A stretch of 64,000 nt of DNA, taken from the NCBI GenBank assembly GCA_963845065.1, contig CAWJQQ010000002.1, positions 480,001 through 544,000 on the forward strand, in the 5' to 3' direction. Below the pieces are notes generated by a model. It searched no databases, was not told the DNA's origin, and saw only the letters and a program-made list of their open reading frames with translations. The stretch is from Nitrospirota bacterium. Lineage in GTDB: Bacteria; Nitrospirota; UBA9217. The first letter of the stretch is position 1. Each line of letters opens with the position of its first letter. Shown here one piece after another: positions 43,595 through 54,449 of the stretch. A program made the translations under genes and the position numbers.

Positions 43595-45236
43595 GTCGCG
43601 GGCAAAACAACCTCAAAATCCGGATTGTGATGGTGTGTCAAAAATGGCTATAACAACCTTAAAATCCGGATAGCCAGTAAAAGAAGTTGTAAAGGTGGTT
43701 AAGTCATACCGTCAACTTGCCACTTTGATAGCATCCGAGCAATGGGTGATATTTCACAAACAGGGAGCTTTTAAAAAAACCATGATATCAAGCATATTGA
43801 ATCTCTACTCAGCGCACGTTATAAGCAGACATGTCAATACCAAGCGGTTGGGATGCTTGATTCTTTTATTTCTAACAGGCAAAACGACGTCGTTTCATTA
43901 ATATGAGACAGCAGCCTGGATGAAAAAGTAAAACATCGATTGTTCATTATCAGCCGTTACTGTCTGTGGCATAAAAAAAGCCCCGTTTTCTCATCTCAGA
44001 CATAAATTAGCGATTGATGCTGATACGTTAAAGCTTGCCCGAGGAATTTTCAAACACATCCTATCGAAACACCGAAAACCCTCTATACAGCATATCATTA
44101 TGGCGCTTGATAGTAAAATAGCGTTGGTATCCGATAAGACCCCAGAACAAGCAAAGCATTTCGACCATTGGGTCCGGCTCTCTACACTGGAAAAGAGAAA
44201 GCCTGTCTATGTCCCGATTAAACATAATGACTATTGTGAAAATATTCCAGGAACGGTAAAGAAATTCTTACAAGTCAATGTTTCTGAGGCAGAAGTCTCT
44301 TTTTCATTCGTTAAGGATGTACCAGCAAATAAGGATTACCTACCTGAAACACCCAAGCTGTCTCTTGATCTTAGTTTTGCTACGCTCTTCGCAAGTGTTA
44401 AAGGAGATCTTTTTGCAGAACGTTTTTCCCTGTTCTTTAAAAATATGATGTTCTCATTACGTCATTGGCGCAGAATAGGCAGCGGCAAGGGATAAAAACC
44501 CGGTCACCATGCTACGATAATTTAGTCGTCAATCTCCGAGAATTCATGAAAAACTAGATTAACCGGATATTGAACCGCCCCGTTGACATTCACAAACCTG
44601 CGGAACTCATTGTAGAGCGCCTTGAATTCAGAAGCCCCGAGCTTTCAAAACGAATAAATCGGCTTATATCGAGATTTGGGAAATCCATAGTCAACACCAA
44701 GCTTGAATCTCTAAAATCTACTTTTGGCATAAAGATCTACTGAAACTGACCCTGCCTATTCATCTCAGGAATGTTCTGCATGCGGCTATGTGGATAAAGG
44801 CAATAGAATTACTCAATCGCAATTTCAATGCAAATGTTGTAACGCCGAATTTCATGCTGATGTAAACGGAGCTCTTAATCACCGTGCCAGAAGTTCTGAT
44901 ACGGTCATCAACGTTTACAAAAGCACTAAATCAGTACTTCATATTCTGACCGAAAGATTCCTGTCAAATATGGAGCGTAGTGCACGCCAAGAATGGCTCC
45001 GGGCTTACTGTCGTCAAACCCTTATTTTGCAGGACCGCTGGCACAGCCCAAAGGGTATTTATAGGTAATAATGGTTTTCTATAAAAATTCGTATTATTAC
45101 TAAGTGGGCGTCCAGCTTTTTTGCATCATACCCAAAGGCTGTACTATCTCCAATGAACGTGGTATTATTCCGGGTAGGAACGTATTCTCCCGGGCAGGCC
45201 ACTGTGCCTGTGGCAAGCGAAAGGTTTTTTCAAATC

Positions 45237-47168
45237 ATGAAGGTACACAGAAAGATCATAGCCCTCGTCGGTTTGGGCATGGTGCTAATGATAACGATCA
45301 CACTTGTAGCCCTCCAAAAAATCAGTGGGAATGTATCTCTGACTAACCAGAGCGTGCGAATATTATTCGCAAAAGATCAACGGATCGATACAATTGAGGC
45401 AGGCGTTAGCAGGATGTCGCTGGCTATTCACAAGTTCACGGAGACCGGAAACATGCTTTTCCATGGCATATACAATGACGCAAATTCAAATGTGCTTGAG
45501 TCGCTGTTTCCCCATGAGGATCCTGTGTTCTCGCAAGAAGAGAAGAATATCCTCGCGCAGCTTGCTGACGATATTCAATCCATGAACGCAGAATCGGAAC
45601 GAATTTTCTTACTTAAGGATCCCCTTGGCAAGAATCGTCTTCTGTCCAATGCGTTGGTTGGCAAAGTTGATGACAAGATCGCATCCATAGACCATGATAT
45701 ACATAATTATCGTGAACAGAGCGTTCGGGGGATGGCAAACATCTCCCCCCTGCTCCGAGCTAACAGGCTACGCGTTAATGATTATTTGCTACTCATAATG
45801 CTTGCGTCAGGCACGGTACTTCTCTTTTTGGGTTTTTATATCCACCGGAAAATATCAGCACCTCTGAGAGATCTGTGGAAGGGTGCAACCGAGATCAGCC
45901 AGGGCAATCTAGCATATCGGATGCAGATCCAGGGTACAAGCGACATTTCACAATTGGCGGAACGTTTTAATGAGATGGCCCAACAGCTCCGGCGTTCGTA
46001 CTCTGAACTGGAGAAAAAGCTGCTCGACCGCACGAACGAACTCGCCGCAATCGCCTCTGTTGCTCTCACCCTAAGCCAGTCGGGAAATCTCGAGGACATG
46101 CTTACTAAGTCCCTGGAGCAGATTCTGGGCAACCTTGCAGGACTTGACCCGACAGGCGGCATCTTCCTTTCCGAACCGGACGGAAAAACGCTGCGCCTCG
46201 TGGCCTCTAAGGGGCTATCTCAGGACTTCGTTCGGGACGAGGCGACAATCAGGATTGGCGAATGCCTTTGCGGCATCGCAGCGCAGACCGGTGAAATCCT
46301 GGTTACAGAGAAAAGTTACGACGACCCCCGCCACTCGCGCTGCCTCGGCAGCAGGGATCATGCACACATCATTATTCCGATTAAGTTACGCGAGGTCGTC
46401 CTTGGCGTCATTTTCCTGTACCCTCACAATTACTTCATGCTGAAACCCTCCGACCTCCAAATGCTCGACACAATTGGCGCTCAGCTTGGCTTGGCCATCG
46501 AAAATTTGAGGTTCTACGCCGAGGTCAAGGAGTCGAGCGAAAAATTCTGGGACCTTTTCGAGAATTCACGCGACATTCTTTTTACCATGGATTCCATAGG
46601 TACGCTCACGGCCGTGAACAGGGAGACTGAAAAGTTTAGCGGATACATGAAGAACGATCTTATCGGTAAGAGTGTATTGGATTTTCTGACTCCTGAGGGC
46701 TCAGAGACCGTAAAACGCATGCTGAACGGAGAAGGTCTTACTGCTCGCCAAGTTATTGAATTTGAAGTAATAAAGCGAGACAAGAGCCGCGCGTTCATTG
46801 AGATGAGCGCACGGAGGCTCTCAAAAAACCGGCTACCTACCGGGTTCCAAGTATCGGCCCGTGATATGACCGAACAAAAGCTGCTGCGCGAGAAGCTTCT
46901 CACTGCGGAACGGCTCGGGGCCATCGGCGAAGTTGTAATCACCGTACGGCATGAGATCAACAACCCTCTCACGACTGTCATCGGCAATATCGAACTGCTG
47001 CTCGAACGTTACAGAGATAAGGACAATGACCTCAAAACACGTTTGGGAACCATACTTAACAACTCACTCCGCATTGCAGAGATTGTCCAAAAACTGCAGG
47101 CGATCAAGCAGGATAAGGTCGTGGAATACGTCAAGGGCGTCGCGATGACCGACCTGAAACAGGAGTAA
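45237..47168 (+). CDS. Membrane sensor HAMP-GAF-PAS-HisKA lacking HATPase domain
   Basis: Two TMs, HAMP (LAERFNEMA), GAF (GECLCG), PAS, H-box RHEINNPLT, ends about 70 aa later. Confidence 0.85.
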   Translation: MKVHRKIIALVGLGMVLMITITLVALQKISGNVSLTNQSVRILFAKDQRIDTIEAGVSRMSLAIHKFTETGNMLFHGIYNDANSNVLESLFPHEDPVFSQEEKNILAQLADDIQSMNAESERIFLLKDPLGKNRLLSNALVGKVDDKIASIDHDIHNYREQSVRGMANISPLLRANRLRVNDYLLLIMLASGTVLLFLGFYIHRKISAPLRDLWKGATEISQGNLAYRMQIQGTSDISQLAERFNEMAQQLRRSYSELEKKLLDRTNELAAIASVALTLSQSGNLEDMLTKSLEQILGNLAGLDPTGGIFLSEPDGKTLRLVASKGLSQDFVRDEATIRIGECLCGIAAQTGEILVTEKSYDDPRHSRCLGSRDHAHIIIPIKLREVVLGVIFLYPHNYFMLKPSDLQMLDTIGAQLGLAIENLRFYAEVKESSEKFWDLFENSRDILFTMDSIGTLTAVNRETEKFSGYMKNDLIGKSVLDFLTPEGSETVKRMLNGEGLTARQVIEFEVIKRDKSRAFIEMSARRLSKNRLPTGFQVSARDMTEQKLLREKLLTAERLGAIGEVVITVRHEINNPLTTVIGNIELLLERYRDKDNDLKTRLGTILNNSLRIAEIVQKLQAIKQDKVVEYVKGVAMTDLKQE

Positions 47169-47289
47169 TTCGGCAGAATGTGAATGCTCCCACAATCAAA
47201 GATAAAGCTATTGGTTGGACTTCCAATAAGGCAGTTCCTTGCGGATAGCTGACCCTTTGAAAGACGTAGTGTCACTTGCTGCACCGGGT

Positions 47290-48105
47290 TGGGCCGCAGC
47301 AAAAGGTAATTACCGATAGTGTCCGCAGCGTGCTCGTCAGCTTTTACTTTGATGTTACAGCACGGACAATAAATATTTCCCCTTGTCGCATGTTGGCGTC
47401 GACCAGGGAATGAACCGTACAGACAGTAGAAGTGTAATAGCTGGGAACAATCAGTTCTGGGATACCATCCCATCGTAATTTATTCGATGAGCTGTGAAGA
47501 TACTGCCCCTTCGATTCCTTGTTAATCATTTTTTTGAATGTCCGGCCCTTGTAACCGGATGAGCTTTTTTTGTCAGGATGGTCAAATCTTCACGTACTAT
47601 TGCCGAATGGTATTCTTTGGCTAGTATGGCTTCCTGATTAGATAGAGACCCAAACCATGATTTCTTTATGCTGGCGATTTTTTTATAGAGCGACAGCCGA
47701 AATTGTTTCTTTTTGAGGATGTGCTAAAGCAATGGTAAAGTTTAAAAACGATTTCCTTCCGACGAAGTTTTCGTAGTTTTTTTTAAAATGCAGTAAATGA
47801 CCGCGCGGGAGCTTACCCCGTATGCTGAGCGAATGGCTTTTCATCGAGTGGTTTGTGGCAGGGGAAATAGTCCTTTTAGTATTAGTGAGCCACAAAAATT
47901 CACACGTTTATTTCGACACTTATGACGCGCAATTCAGAACAGGTGTTTTCAGGATGTTCAATAGCCATTACTGCCGTTCTTTGTGACCAGAAGATCGATC
48001 AGCAGTTCGAACGGTTTGTATCCTAACTGTTCACTAAAGCGGCCATACGGATCAACCTGTCGGGGCTGTGACAATGCGGGAAATATGTAACCACGCAATC
48101 GTGGA
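47290..48105 (-). pseudogene. Degenerate TnpB/Cas12-like RuvC nuclease relic
   Basis: Across frames: RVISVEIN, LAKEYHSAIVREDL, KLRWDGIP..VPSYYTSTVC, YCPCC..KADEHAADTIG. Confidence 0.6.
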
Positions 48106-48110
48106 GGAAA

Positions 48111-48132
48111 AACCGAAATTATAATTTCGGTT
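48111..48132. repeat. Perfect 22-bp palindrome upstream of sppA
   Basis: AACCGAAATTA|TAATTTCGGTT. Confidence 0.8.
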
Positions 48133-48287
48133 GCAGTAAGAACAAATTTATATTTTCATCTCTTCATGACCTTACCTTTTATACATACTTTTTGTAGCAT
48201 TTTCCCCAACCTAATCTTTTTCTAAACTGCCGCTCTACCTCCGCGGTATACTAAATATAGTTTTTAACATAATGACAGGGAGGCTTT

Positions 48288-49232
48288 ATGAAAAAAATTT
48301 TTGTAACGTTGTCCGCCCTTGTGTTGCTCATTGGTACTGCAGGTTGTACGTTGTTAAAGGTTTCCGTCGGTGAAAAAGTGCAGCCTTTTGCCGAAAAGGT
48401 GATTGCCGGCGAGGGACGCGATAAAATTCTGCTTCTCGATATATCTGGCTTTATTTCTTCAAGCAATGAGAGTAGCTCTTTCTTCGGCGCTAAAAAAGAA
48501 CCAGGTCTGCTGGCTCGGGTGCGGGAACAATTGGACCGGGCGCGGTCTGACCACGCCGTAAAGGCGCTGTTGCTCCGGATCAATAGCCCTGGTGGCGGAG
48601 TGACCGCATCCGATGAGCTTTATCATGAATTGATAAAATTTAAAAATGATACGGGCGTTAAAATCCTAGCTCACATCATGGACATTGGGACTTCGGGAGC
48701 CTACTACACGGCACTCTCAGCGGATCTGATCACGGCCCAGCCAACGAGTGTGACCGGTAGCATCGGTGTAATCATGTACAGTTTTGATGGTGTGGGTTTG
48801 ATGCAGAAAATTGGACTCCAGGCAGTCGAGATTTCTTCGGGACCCCGAAAGGGTATGGGCTCACCCTTCCGCCCGCTCGCTCCTGAAGAGCGTGCCATTT
48901 TTCAAAACGTGATCGACAGTCTTCACGGACGGTTTGTGAATACCGTTATGGAATCTCGAAAATTGCCGCTAGAAACTGTGAAGAGTCTTTCTGATGGCCG
49001 CATTTTTACAAGTCAGGAAGCACAGGCAAAGGGTCTCATTGACAGCATCGGTTATCTCGACGACGCCATCGACCAGGTCAAAAATCTTGCACACTTAAAA
49101 AGGGCCTCAATCGTGACCTACATTCGCCCGGGAGAATACCGCTCCAATCTATACTCGCTAAATCTCATCAACATTGACATGAGAGAGGTCATGGAGCCAG
49201 GAGCGAATTTCCTGTACATATGGTGGCCTTGA
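48288..49232 (+). CDS. sppA: Signal peptide peptidase SppA (S49), lipoprotein
   Basis: TAGC lipobox, RINSPGG, TSGAYY, TGSIGV, DGRIFT. Confidence 0.92.
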   Translation: MKKIFVTLSALVLLIGTAGCTLLKVSVGEKVQPFAEKVIAGEGRDKILLLDISGFISSSNESSSFFGAKKEPGLLARVREQLDRARSDHAVKALLLRINSPGGGVTASDELYHELIKFKNDTGVKILAHIMDIGTSGAYYTALSADLITAQPTSVTGSIGVIMYSFDGVGLMQKIGLQAVEISSGPRKGMGSPFRPLAPEERAIFQNVIDSLHGRFVNTVMESRKLPLETVKSLSDGRIFTSQEAQAKGLIDSIGYLDDAIDQVKNLAHLKRASIVTYIRPGEYRSNLYSLNLINIDMREVMEPGANFLYIWWP

Positions 49233-49263
49233 AGTCGCGTCGTCTAGGAATGAACTTACAGAA

Positions 49264-50927
49264 CTGACCACTCCCCATGTCTAAAGCCAGGGGGTTCTAG
49301 CGGCTGTACCGACAGGCTCTCCGGCAACAATACGAACGTTGTCGGCCTCGACTGTCGTTGATCCGCCTTTAACGGACGAGCAGCTCTGTCTCCGGTTCGT
49401 GGTGTTCTCTTGCTTGATACCGAAGCTGGTTGGATGAATTCGACCCTTTGCCGCTTCATGCTGCACCCCCAACACCGCCCGTTCCAGGAGCAGGTTTGCA
49501 CCCGGCCAGGCTTTGGCAGCCTGACGCGTGTCGAGGACATCGTTAGAAACATGCTTTGCAAGGAATGCGGAATAGAGATCACGCTGGGTGCTTACCCCGC
49601 AGTTGCAGGCATGCCATCTTTGGGACAATGATTTTTGGGCTACTGTTCCGCAATGGCATGTCTGGGAAAGCTTTGTGCTCCGGGTAGAAAACTCGGTTAC
49701 TTTACCGCCAGCGTTTTCGGCTTTGTGGTGAAGCATCGACATAAACATCCCCGGAGCTCGTCGCGAAATACTTTTACCATAGAGTTTCTGAAATGCTTTG
49801 TACGACAGTTTCTCGGTTTTGATGTCGGTACCGAGAGTGAGGACTTTGTTCACGAGCTTGCCATGAGACCGTTTTCTGGTTTCAGCAAGGATTCTTTGAA
49901 GTTCGGCGAGCTTAGCTTTAAGAACACGGTATTGAGCAGAAAAGACCCACTGCTTTTTACCCGTTTTGATGGTTTTGTCTCCGTTGTAGTTGCCCGGGTT
50001 GGTAGCACGAAGGCTTCTGGCCATTTTGCGCTGGACGGTCTTGATACGTTTAAACGGTATCTCGACTTCAGGGCAAAATTCGAGTAGTAACGCATCGGTA
50101 TCACCAACGATGGCAACTGTCGACGGGCCAATGTCAAGGCCAACGGTTTCGGTGCCAATCTGGTTTTCACGCTTGATCTTGGCCGTGCCTTTAAGCACAA
50201 GTTGGGCAAACCAGCGGGGATTGCCGCGGATAGTTTTCTTGACCAGACGAACGTACTTGATGTCATGGCTAAGTGCATGAGCCTGAACGCCAAACTTGTC
50301 TTTCTTGTCGAAGACACAGTTGAGACGAAGGCCAGTCCACTCCACATGGTCATCGCACCACCGAATACCAGATTTGTTGTTTTTACCTTCAAGGGACGAC
50401 ATCCAGCCATGGCGCTTGAAGCGTGGTTTGCCATGCTTCCCAAACTCGTAGTCAGCGACGGCGCTATATGCTCGAGATGCTATCTTCTGGGCGGTCAGGC
50501 TGTCAATATGCTCACTGATCCAGCAGGAATTGCGGAGGATACCGACGTAGTTATGAAGGTGGTATTCAGTATATTCAGCCTGGGTTCTGGCTGTCTTAAA
50601 CATCTTGGTGCGAGGCTTGCTTTTCTTCTTCGTGATCGCCACGAGCCATTTTTCTGATCGCCGCATGGCAGTAAGACGCTTCATCGCTTCACCAAGGCAG
50701 GCATTGTACAGATAACGGCCAGCTTCGAGCCGGGCATCGAACATTCGATTGTCCTTTGGAGTCGCTACGAGTTGAAACTCGTGGATACAAGATGGGGTTT
50801 TAGGTTTATTCGGCATTGGTTGTTTGAATATACCACATAGATGTACATTTGTCTACTAATTGCCGGAAAACAAAGTTCCCGCATTCATCCCCATGGTTAA
50901 AACCAGGGGCTTTCTGCGGATAGTTTG
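49264..50927 (-). mobile_element. IS200/IS605 (IS1341-type) element, copy 2, intact ends
   Basis: TTAC|CAAACTATCCGCAG-AAAG-CCCCTGGTTTTAACCATGGGG left end; GAAC-CCCCTGGCTTTAGACATGGGG-AGTGGTCAG right end. Confidence 0.9.
49281..50816 (-). CDS. tnpB: RNA-guided endonuclease TnpB, intact, 511 aa
   Basis: RuvC D (VGLDIG), E (KTEKL), D (QRDLYSA); CHC/CNC zinc finger; internal promoter TAGACA-N17-TATATT. Confidence 0.92.
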   Translation of the reverse strand: MPNKPKTPSCIHEFQLVATPKDNRMFDARLEAGRYLYNACLGEAMKRLTAMRRSEKWLVAITKKKSKPRTKMFKTARTQAEYTEYHLHNYVGILRNSCWISEHIDSLTAQKIASRAYSAVADYEFGKHGKPRFKRHGWMSSLEGKNNKSGIRWCDDHVEWTGLRLNCVFDKKDKFGVQAHALSHDIKYVRLVKKTIRGNPRWFAQLVLKGTAKIKRENQIGTETVGLDIGPSTVAIVGDTDALLLEFCPEVEIPFKRIKTVQRKMARSLRATNPGNYNGDKTIKTGKKQWVFSAQYRVLKAKLAELQRILAETRKRSHGKLVNKVLTLGTDIKTEKLSYKAFQKLYGKSISRRAPGMFMSMLHHKAENAGGKVTEFSTRSTKLSQTCHCGTVAQKSLSQRWHACNCGVSTQRDLYSAFLAKHVSNDVLDTRQAAKAWPGANLLLERAVLGVQHEAAKGRIHPTSFGIKQENTTNRRQSCSSVKGGSTTVEADNVRIVAGEPVGTAARTPWL

Positions 50928-51011
50928 GTAAGTACAAAAAAAACAAATTGAGACGATTGACATGTCTGCGACGACTATGCTATGGTTAGTTTCAGAAGAG
51001 AGGAGGCACTC

Positions 51012-51482
51012 ATGATAAAAGCTTCAATCCTGCTTATCGTTTTGACGTTGTTCATGATGACAAACGTCGCACTTGGACATGCAGAGGAGGAACTCTTCGA
51101 TACCAAGGCGGCAATGCAGCATCTCGATCAGGGTATCATGTATCTGAATTCGAAAAATTTTGATGCGGCCATCAAAGAATTCGAGGCCTCCGCAAATATC
51201 AATCCCGATGCCAAAGCCTACTATTATCTTGGCTATGCCTATTACCTCAAGGGCAGGAAGAGAAATGGAGAATATAGGAATAAGTCACGAGAAAACTTCG
51301 AGAGGGCTTACGAAATAGATCCGAACTTTTCACCGTTGCGGTTCAAGCCTACTGAGCAGGTCCCTGCTCAAATGAAGCAATCGGAACGGGCTTTTCCACC
51401 GGCATCTCAGGCGACGCCATCACTGTCCAGCCCGGAGTCGAAACAGCAACAACCTGCGCCGCATGATGAGTCAACGAAGTAA
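51012..51482 (+). CDS. Secreted TPR-repeat protein
   Basis: Signal peptide; AYYYLGYAYY, FERAYEIDP; AGGAGG RBS. Confidence 0.8.
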   Translation: MIKASILLIVLTLFMMTNVALGHAEEELFDTKAAMQHLDQGIMYLNSKNFDAAIKEFEASANINPDAKAYYYLGYAYYLKGRKRNGEYRNKSRENFERAYEIDPNFSPLRFKPTEQVPAQMKQSERAFPPASQATPSLSSPESKQQQPAPHDESTK

Positions 51483-51744
51483 TGATTTATCCCAGGACAA
51501 TACACTACCTTGAGCCACAAGCTGGTATGCGGTGACAACTACATCACTACTCAAAGCTATAGCTCTATCAACATTTTTTTATGACACGCTTTTTCACATA
51601 GGGATTAACGGGCAGGATAAATGAAAATGGTGCCGGTGCTTGGGGAGATTCACCCTTTTCTCGTTACTGCTGTCTGCAACGGATACGCCAATGCGATATC
51701 ACACTCTTTACGCGGCCACGGATGACTAGTACCAACCATATAAG

Positions 51745-52080
51745 TCACTGTCCATCTCGGGCTATTCTGATCAACGTGGCTGTATAATCACTTCCGCAAT
51801 CTTGCTTCATCGTTATTGTTTCCAGCTCTGTAAGAAAGTGCAGTGCTTCCTCCCTGTTTTTCCCGCACGTATCCGATATTTGGTAGGAGCGGCACACAAC
51901 CGGCCGATACGGCATGCCGTAAATCGCACAAAGGTTGTTTGGGGTCAGTTGTATGCATCGGACTCCCGCAGGTTTTCCATTGGGCATACCTGGGACGTTC
52001 GACGAGATAGAGGGTGCAATACAACAGGCACCGCAACCGACGCGGCAGGCAAGTTTCTGTGAATCGGGGTTAGTATTCAT
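51745..52080 (-). CDS. YkgJ-family cysteine cluster protein
   Basis: CRVGCGACC...GKPAGVRC...C...RPVVC. Confidence 0.85.
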   Translation of the reverse strand: MNTNPDSQKLACRVGCGACCIAPSISSNVPGMPNGKPAGVRCIQLTPNNLCAIYGMPYRPVVCRSYQISDTCGKNREEALHFLTELETITMKQDCGSDYTATLIRIARDGQ

Positions 52081-52146
52081 AACGGAAAAACCGGTCTTTG
52101 CCGGCGGTTGAGCTCGAAGACCACCCCATGCAACGAAATCAAATTA

Positions 52147-53175
52147 TCACAGGACCGTGAGCTTCTGTTTTTTAAATGAAATGAGGCTTTTCATCTGATC
52201 GAGCAGGCTGTTGAATTCCTTGAAATGGAGTGACTGAGCACCATCGGACAGAGCATGCTCAGGATCGGGATGGATTTCCACAATAACGCCGTGAGCTCCG
52301 ACGACAATTGCCGCCAGCGCCGTAGGGAGCACCAGATCTCGTTTCCCCGTTGCATGGCTCGGATCAAAAATAACCGGCAGATGGGTCATTTTCCTGACCA
52401 GTGGAATAATGGCAAGATCCGCCGTATTCCTCGTCGCGGTTTCGAAAGTCCGTATTCCACGCTCGCACAATACGACGTTAGGATTGCCGTTAACCAAAAT
52501 ATATTCTGCCGAACCGAGCCATTCTTCAACTGTTGCTGAAAGGCCGCGTTTCAGGATCACCGGTTTATTGATCTTGCCGACCTCGGTCAACAAGTCGAAG
52601 TTCTGCATGTTCCGTGCGCCAATCTGCAAAATGTCGACCTTCCCCGCAACAATTCCCACGTGTTCGGGGCTTACGATCTCGGTCACAACGAGAAGACCGG
52701 TTTCTTTCCTCACCTCGTCAAGCAGCTCAAGCCCACCTTCGCGGAGTCCCTGAAAACTATGCGGGCTCGTTCTAGGCTTATAAGCACCACCGCGCAGCAC
52801 CGGTACGCCCAGCTTTTTAAGGAACTGAGCGGTCTTCATTAGCTGGTCCCTGCTCTCAACAGCACAAGGACCGGCGATCATGAGGAAGGGCGATGTGCTA
52901 CCGACCGTAACTTTTTTCCCGAGGGTTACCACCGTATCCTTTGGGTGGAAGTCTCGGCTCACAAGTTTATAAGGCTTGGTTACATGGATAATCTCCTGGA
53001 TGGCCTTGTTCCCCCGTAGAGCCGAATCGTCGACCCACCCCTGATTGCCGATCACGCCGATGGCTGTCCGCTCGGCGCCAGGAATGGCTACGGGCTTGAA
53101 GCCCATCTTGGTGATGGTTTTTTTTATGTTTTCCACGTCCTTAACTGTTGCCGTGTGGTGCAGTACGATTAGCAT
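52147..53175 (-). CDS. aroF: DAHP synthase (type I-beta, N-terminal regulatory domain)
   Basis: IAGPCAVE, GAYKPRTSP, QIGARNMQN, DPSHATG, SDGAQSL. Confidence 0.94.
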   Translation of the reverse strand: MLIVLHHTATVKDVENIKKTITKMGFKPVAIPGAERTAIGVIGNQGWVDDSALRGNKAIQEIIHVTKPYKLVSRDFHPKDTVVTLGKKVTVGSTSPFLMIAGPCAVESRDQLMKTAQFLKKLGVPVLRGGAYKPRTSPHSFQGLREGGLELLDEVRKETGLLVVTEIVSPEHVGIVAGKVDILQIGARNMQNFDLLTEVGKINKPVILKRGLSATVEEWLGSAEYILVNGNPNVVLCERGIRTFETATRNTADLAIIPLVRKMTHLPVIFDPSHATGKRDLVLPTALAAIVVGAHGVIVEIHPDPEHALSDGAQSLHFKEFNSLLDQMKSLISFKKQKLTVL

Positions 53176-53276
53176 GCAGTAACTCCTGGCATCACGTCTT
53201 AGTATTGCTTCTCATACTATATAACATAACGCTTCATGAACAGACTTTGAAAACGGGGAAAATCCTGCCACGATTT

Positions 53277-53492
53277 TTATTTTTTTTCTACCCGCTCGCG
53301 CTTTCGGCGCAACGTGATGCTCTCACCAGCGATGCCCCAGTTATCGGTATCGATTTCTTCAATGACCACAACGGTGGTTTGCGGGTTCTTCCCAAGAACG
53401 TCCTGTAGCATGGTGGTCACTCCCTGAATCAGTTTCGCCTTCTGCTCAGTTGAGGCACCTTCTTTAGTTATCTTGATATTTACATAAGGCAT
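53277..53492 (-). CDS. 4-oxalocrotonate tautomerase family protein
   Basis: N-terminal Pro (MPYVNIK), EQKAKLI, NWGIAG. Confidence 0.9.
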   Translation of the reverse strand: MPYVNIKITKEGASTEQKAKLIQGVTTMLQDVLGKNPQTTVVVIEEIDTDNWGIAGESITLRRKRERVEKK

Positions 53493-53537
53493 TTGAACCT
53501 CCTGAATCGCGTGATAGTATCATCCCGAGTGTGCTTA

Positions 53538-54320
53538 TTAAAGCGTACCGCCGATATGAGCCATGGTGAGCCCTTTTGTGATCTCGCGTTTGATATATAC
53601 TTTGATGATGTTCTGGTCTTCGAGGCTGATGCGGACGAATTTTATACCCATGCCGGGGGTTTTCAGCGGACCTCCCTCGCGCTGGAAACTGTAGAGCACC
53701 ATTCCCTCCACCTTAATTTTCATTTCTTCCAGTAATATCGTAATCGGAATCTGGAGCCCGATTGACTTGGGCTTTGATGTGCTGATATACATCCCGTTTT
53801 CCGACAAGGCAGTGATGTAATCACCGCTCCCGGCATATTCCGCGGCTTTACCGTCTCCCACGATTACGTTTAACGCAGTATTTAGCCGGATATACTGTCG
53901 GGGCTGCGATTCAGTCGCTTTCTGTATCGCCGCGTACAGTACATCGGGTTCTACCGGCTTTTGCAGGTAGGCGGCACACCCCTCCTGCAGAGAGGCGGCT
54001 TTGATGGCTTGGTCTTTTGACGACGTTAGCATGATGACCGGCACGGAAAAGGACTGTGGATTGCGTTTGATCTTTTTCAAGAGATCGAGACCGTTCATCC
54101 CGCCGAGGAATATTTCCGTTAAGATAAGCGCAGGTTGGGCAACACTCACAATCTCCAGTGCGTCTTCCGCATTTTTTGCTGTGTGGATGTTGTATTCAAG
54201 CCGTTGCAGCAGCATGCTCGTATAAAACAGATGCGCGCTATCGCCATCGACGATGACAAGGAGGCGTTTTTCCCGGTCCCCGGATTTCAACGCCGTGTTT
54301 TGCTTGATGGTATCAGCCAT
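53538..54320 (-). CDS. Atypical receiver + PilZ-like domain protein
   Basis: Receiver with E at phosphoacceptor position (ILTEI); RQYIR and ALSENG, GMGIKF PilZ-like motifs. Confidence 0.8.
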   Translation of the reverse strand: MADTIKQNTALKSGDREKRLLVIVDGDSAHLFYTSMLLQRLEYNIHTAKNAEDALEIVSVAQPALILTEIFLGGMNGLDLLKKIKRNPQSFSVPVIMLTSSKDQAIKAASLQEGCAAYLQKPVEPDVLYAAIQKATESQPRQYIRLNTALNVIVGDGKAAEYAGSGDYITALSENGMYISTSKPKSIGLQIPITILLEEMKIKVEGMVLYSFQREGGPLKTPGMGIKFVRISLEDQNIIKVYIKREITKGLTMAHIGGTL

Positions 54321-54449
54321 CTCTCATTCCTCACTCTATCATAGTTTCCGGGCGAAGCTCCTGCGTTTCTTGGCTACTGTTACTCCTTCGTAACTGTTCG
54401 CCCCGGTTCTTATATCGGCAAAGTGATTTTATACCGGATGGCTAACATC

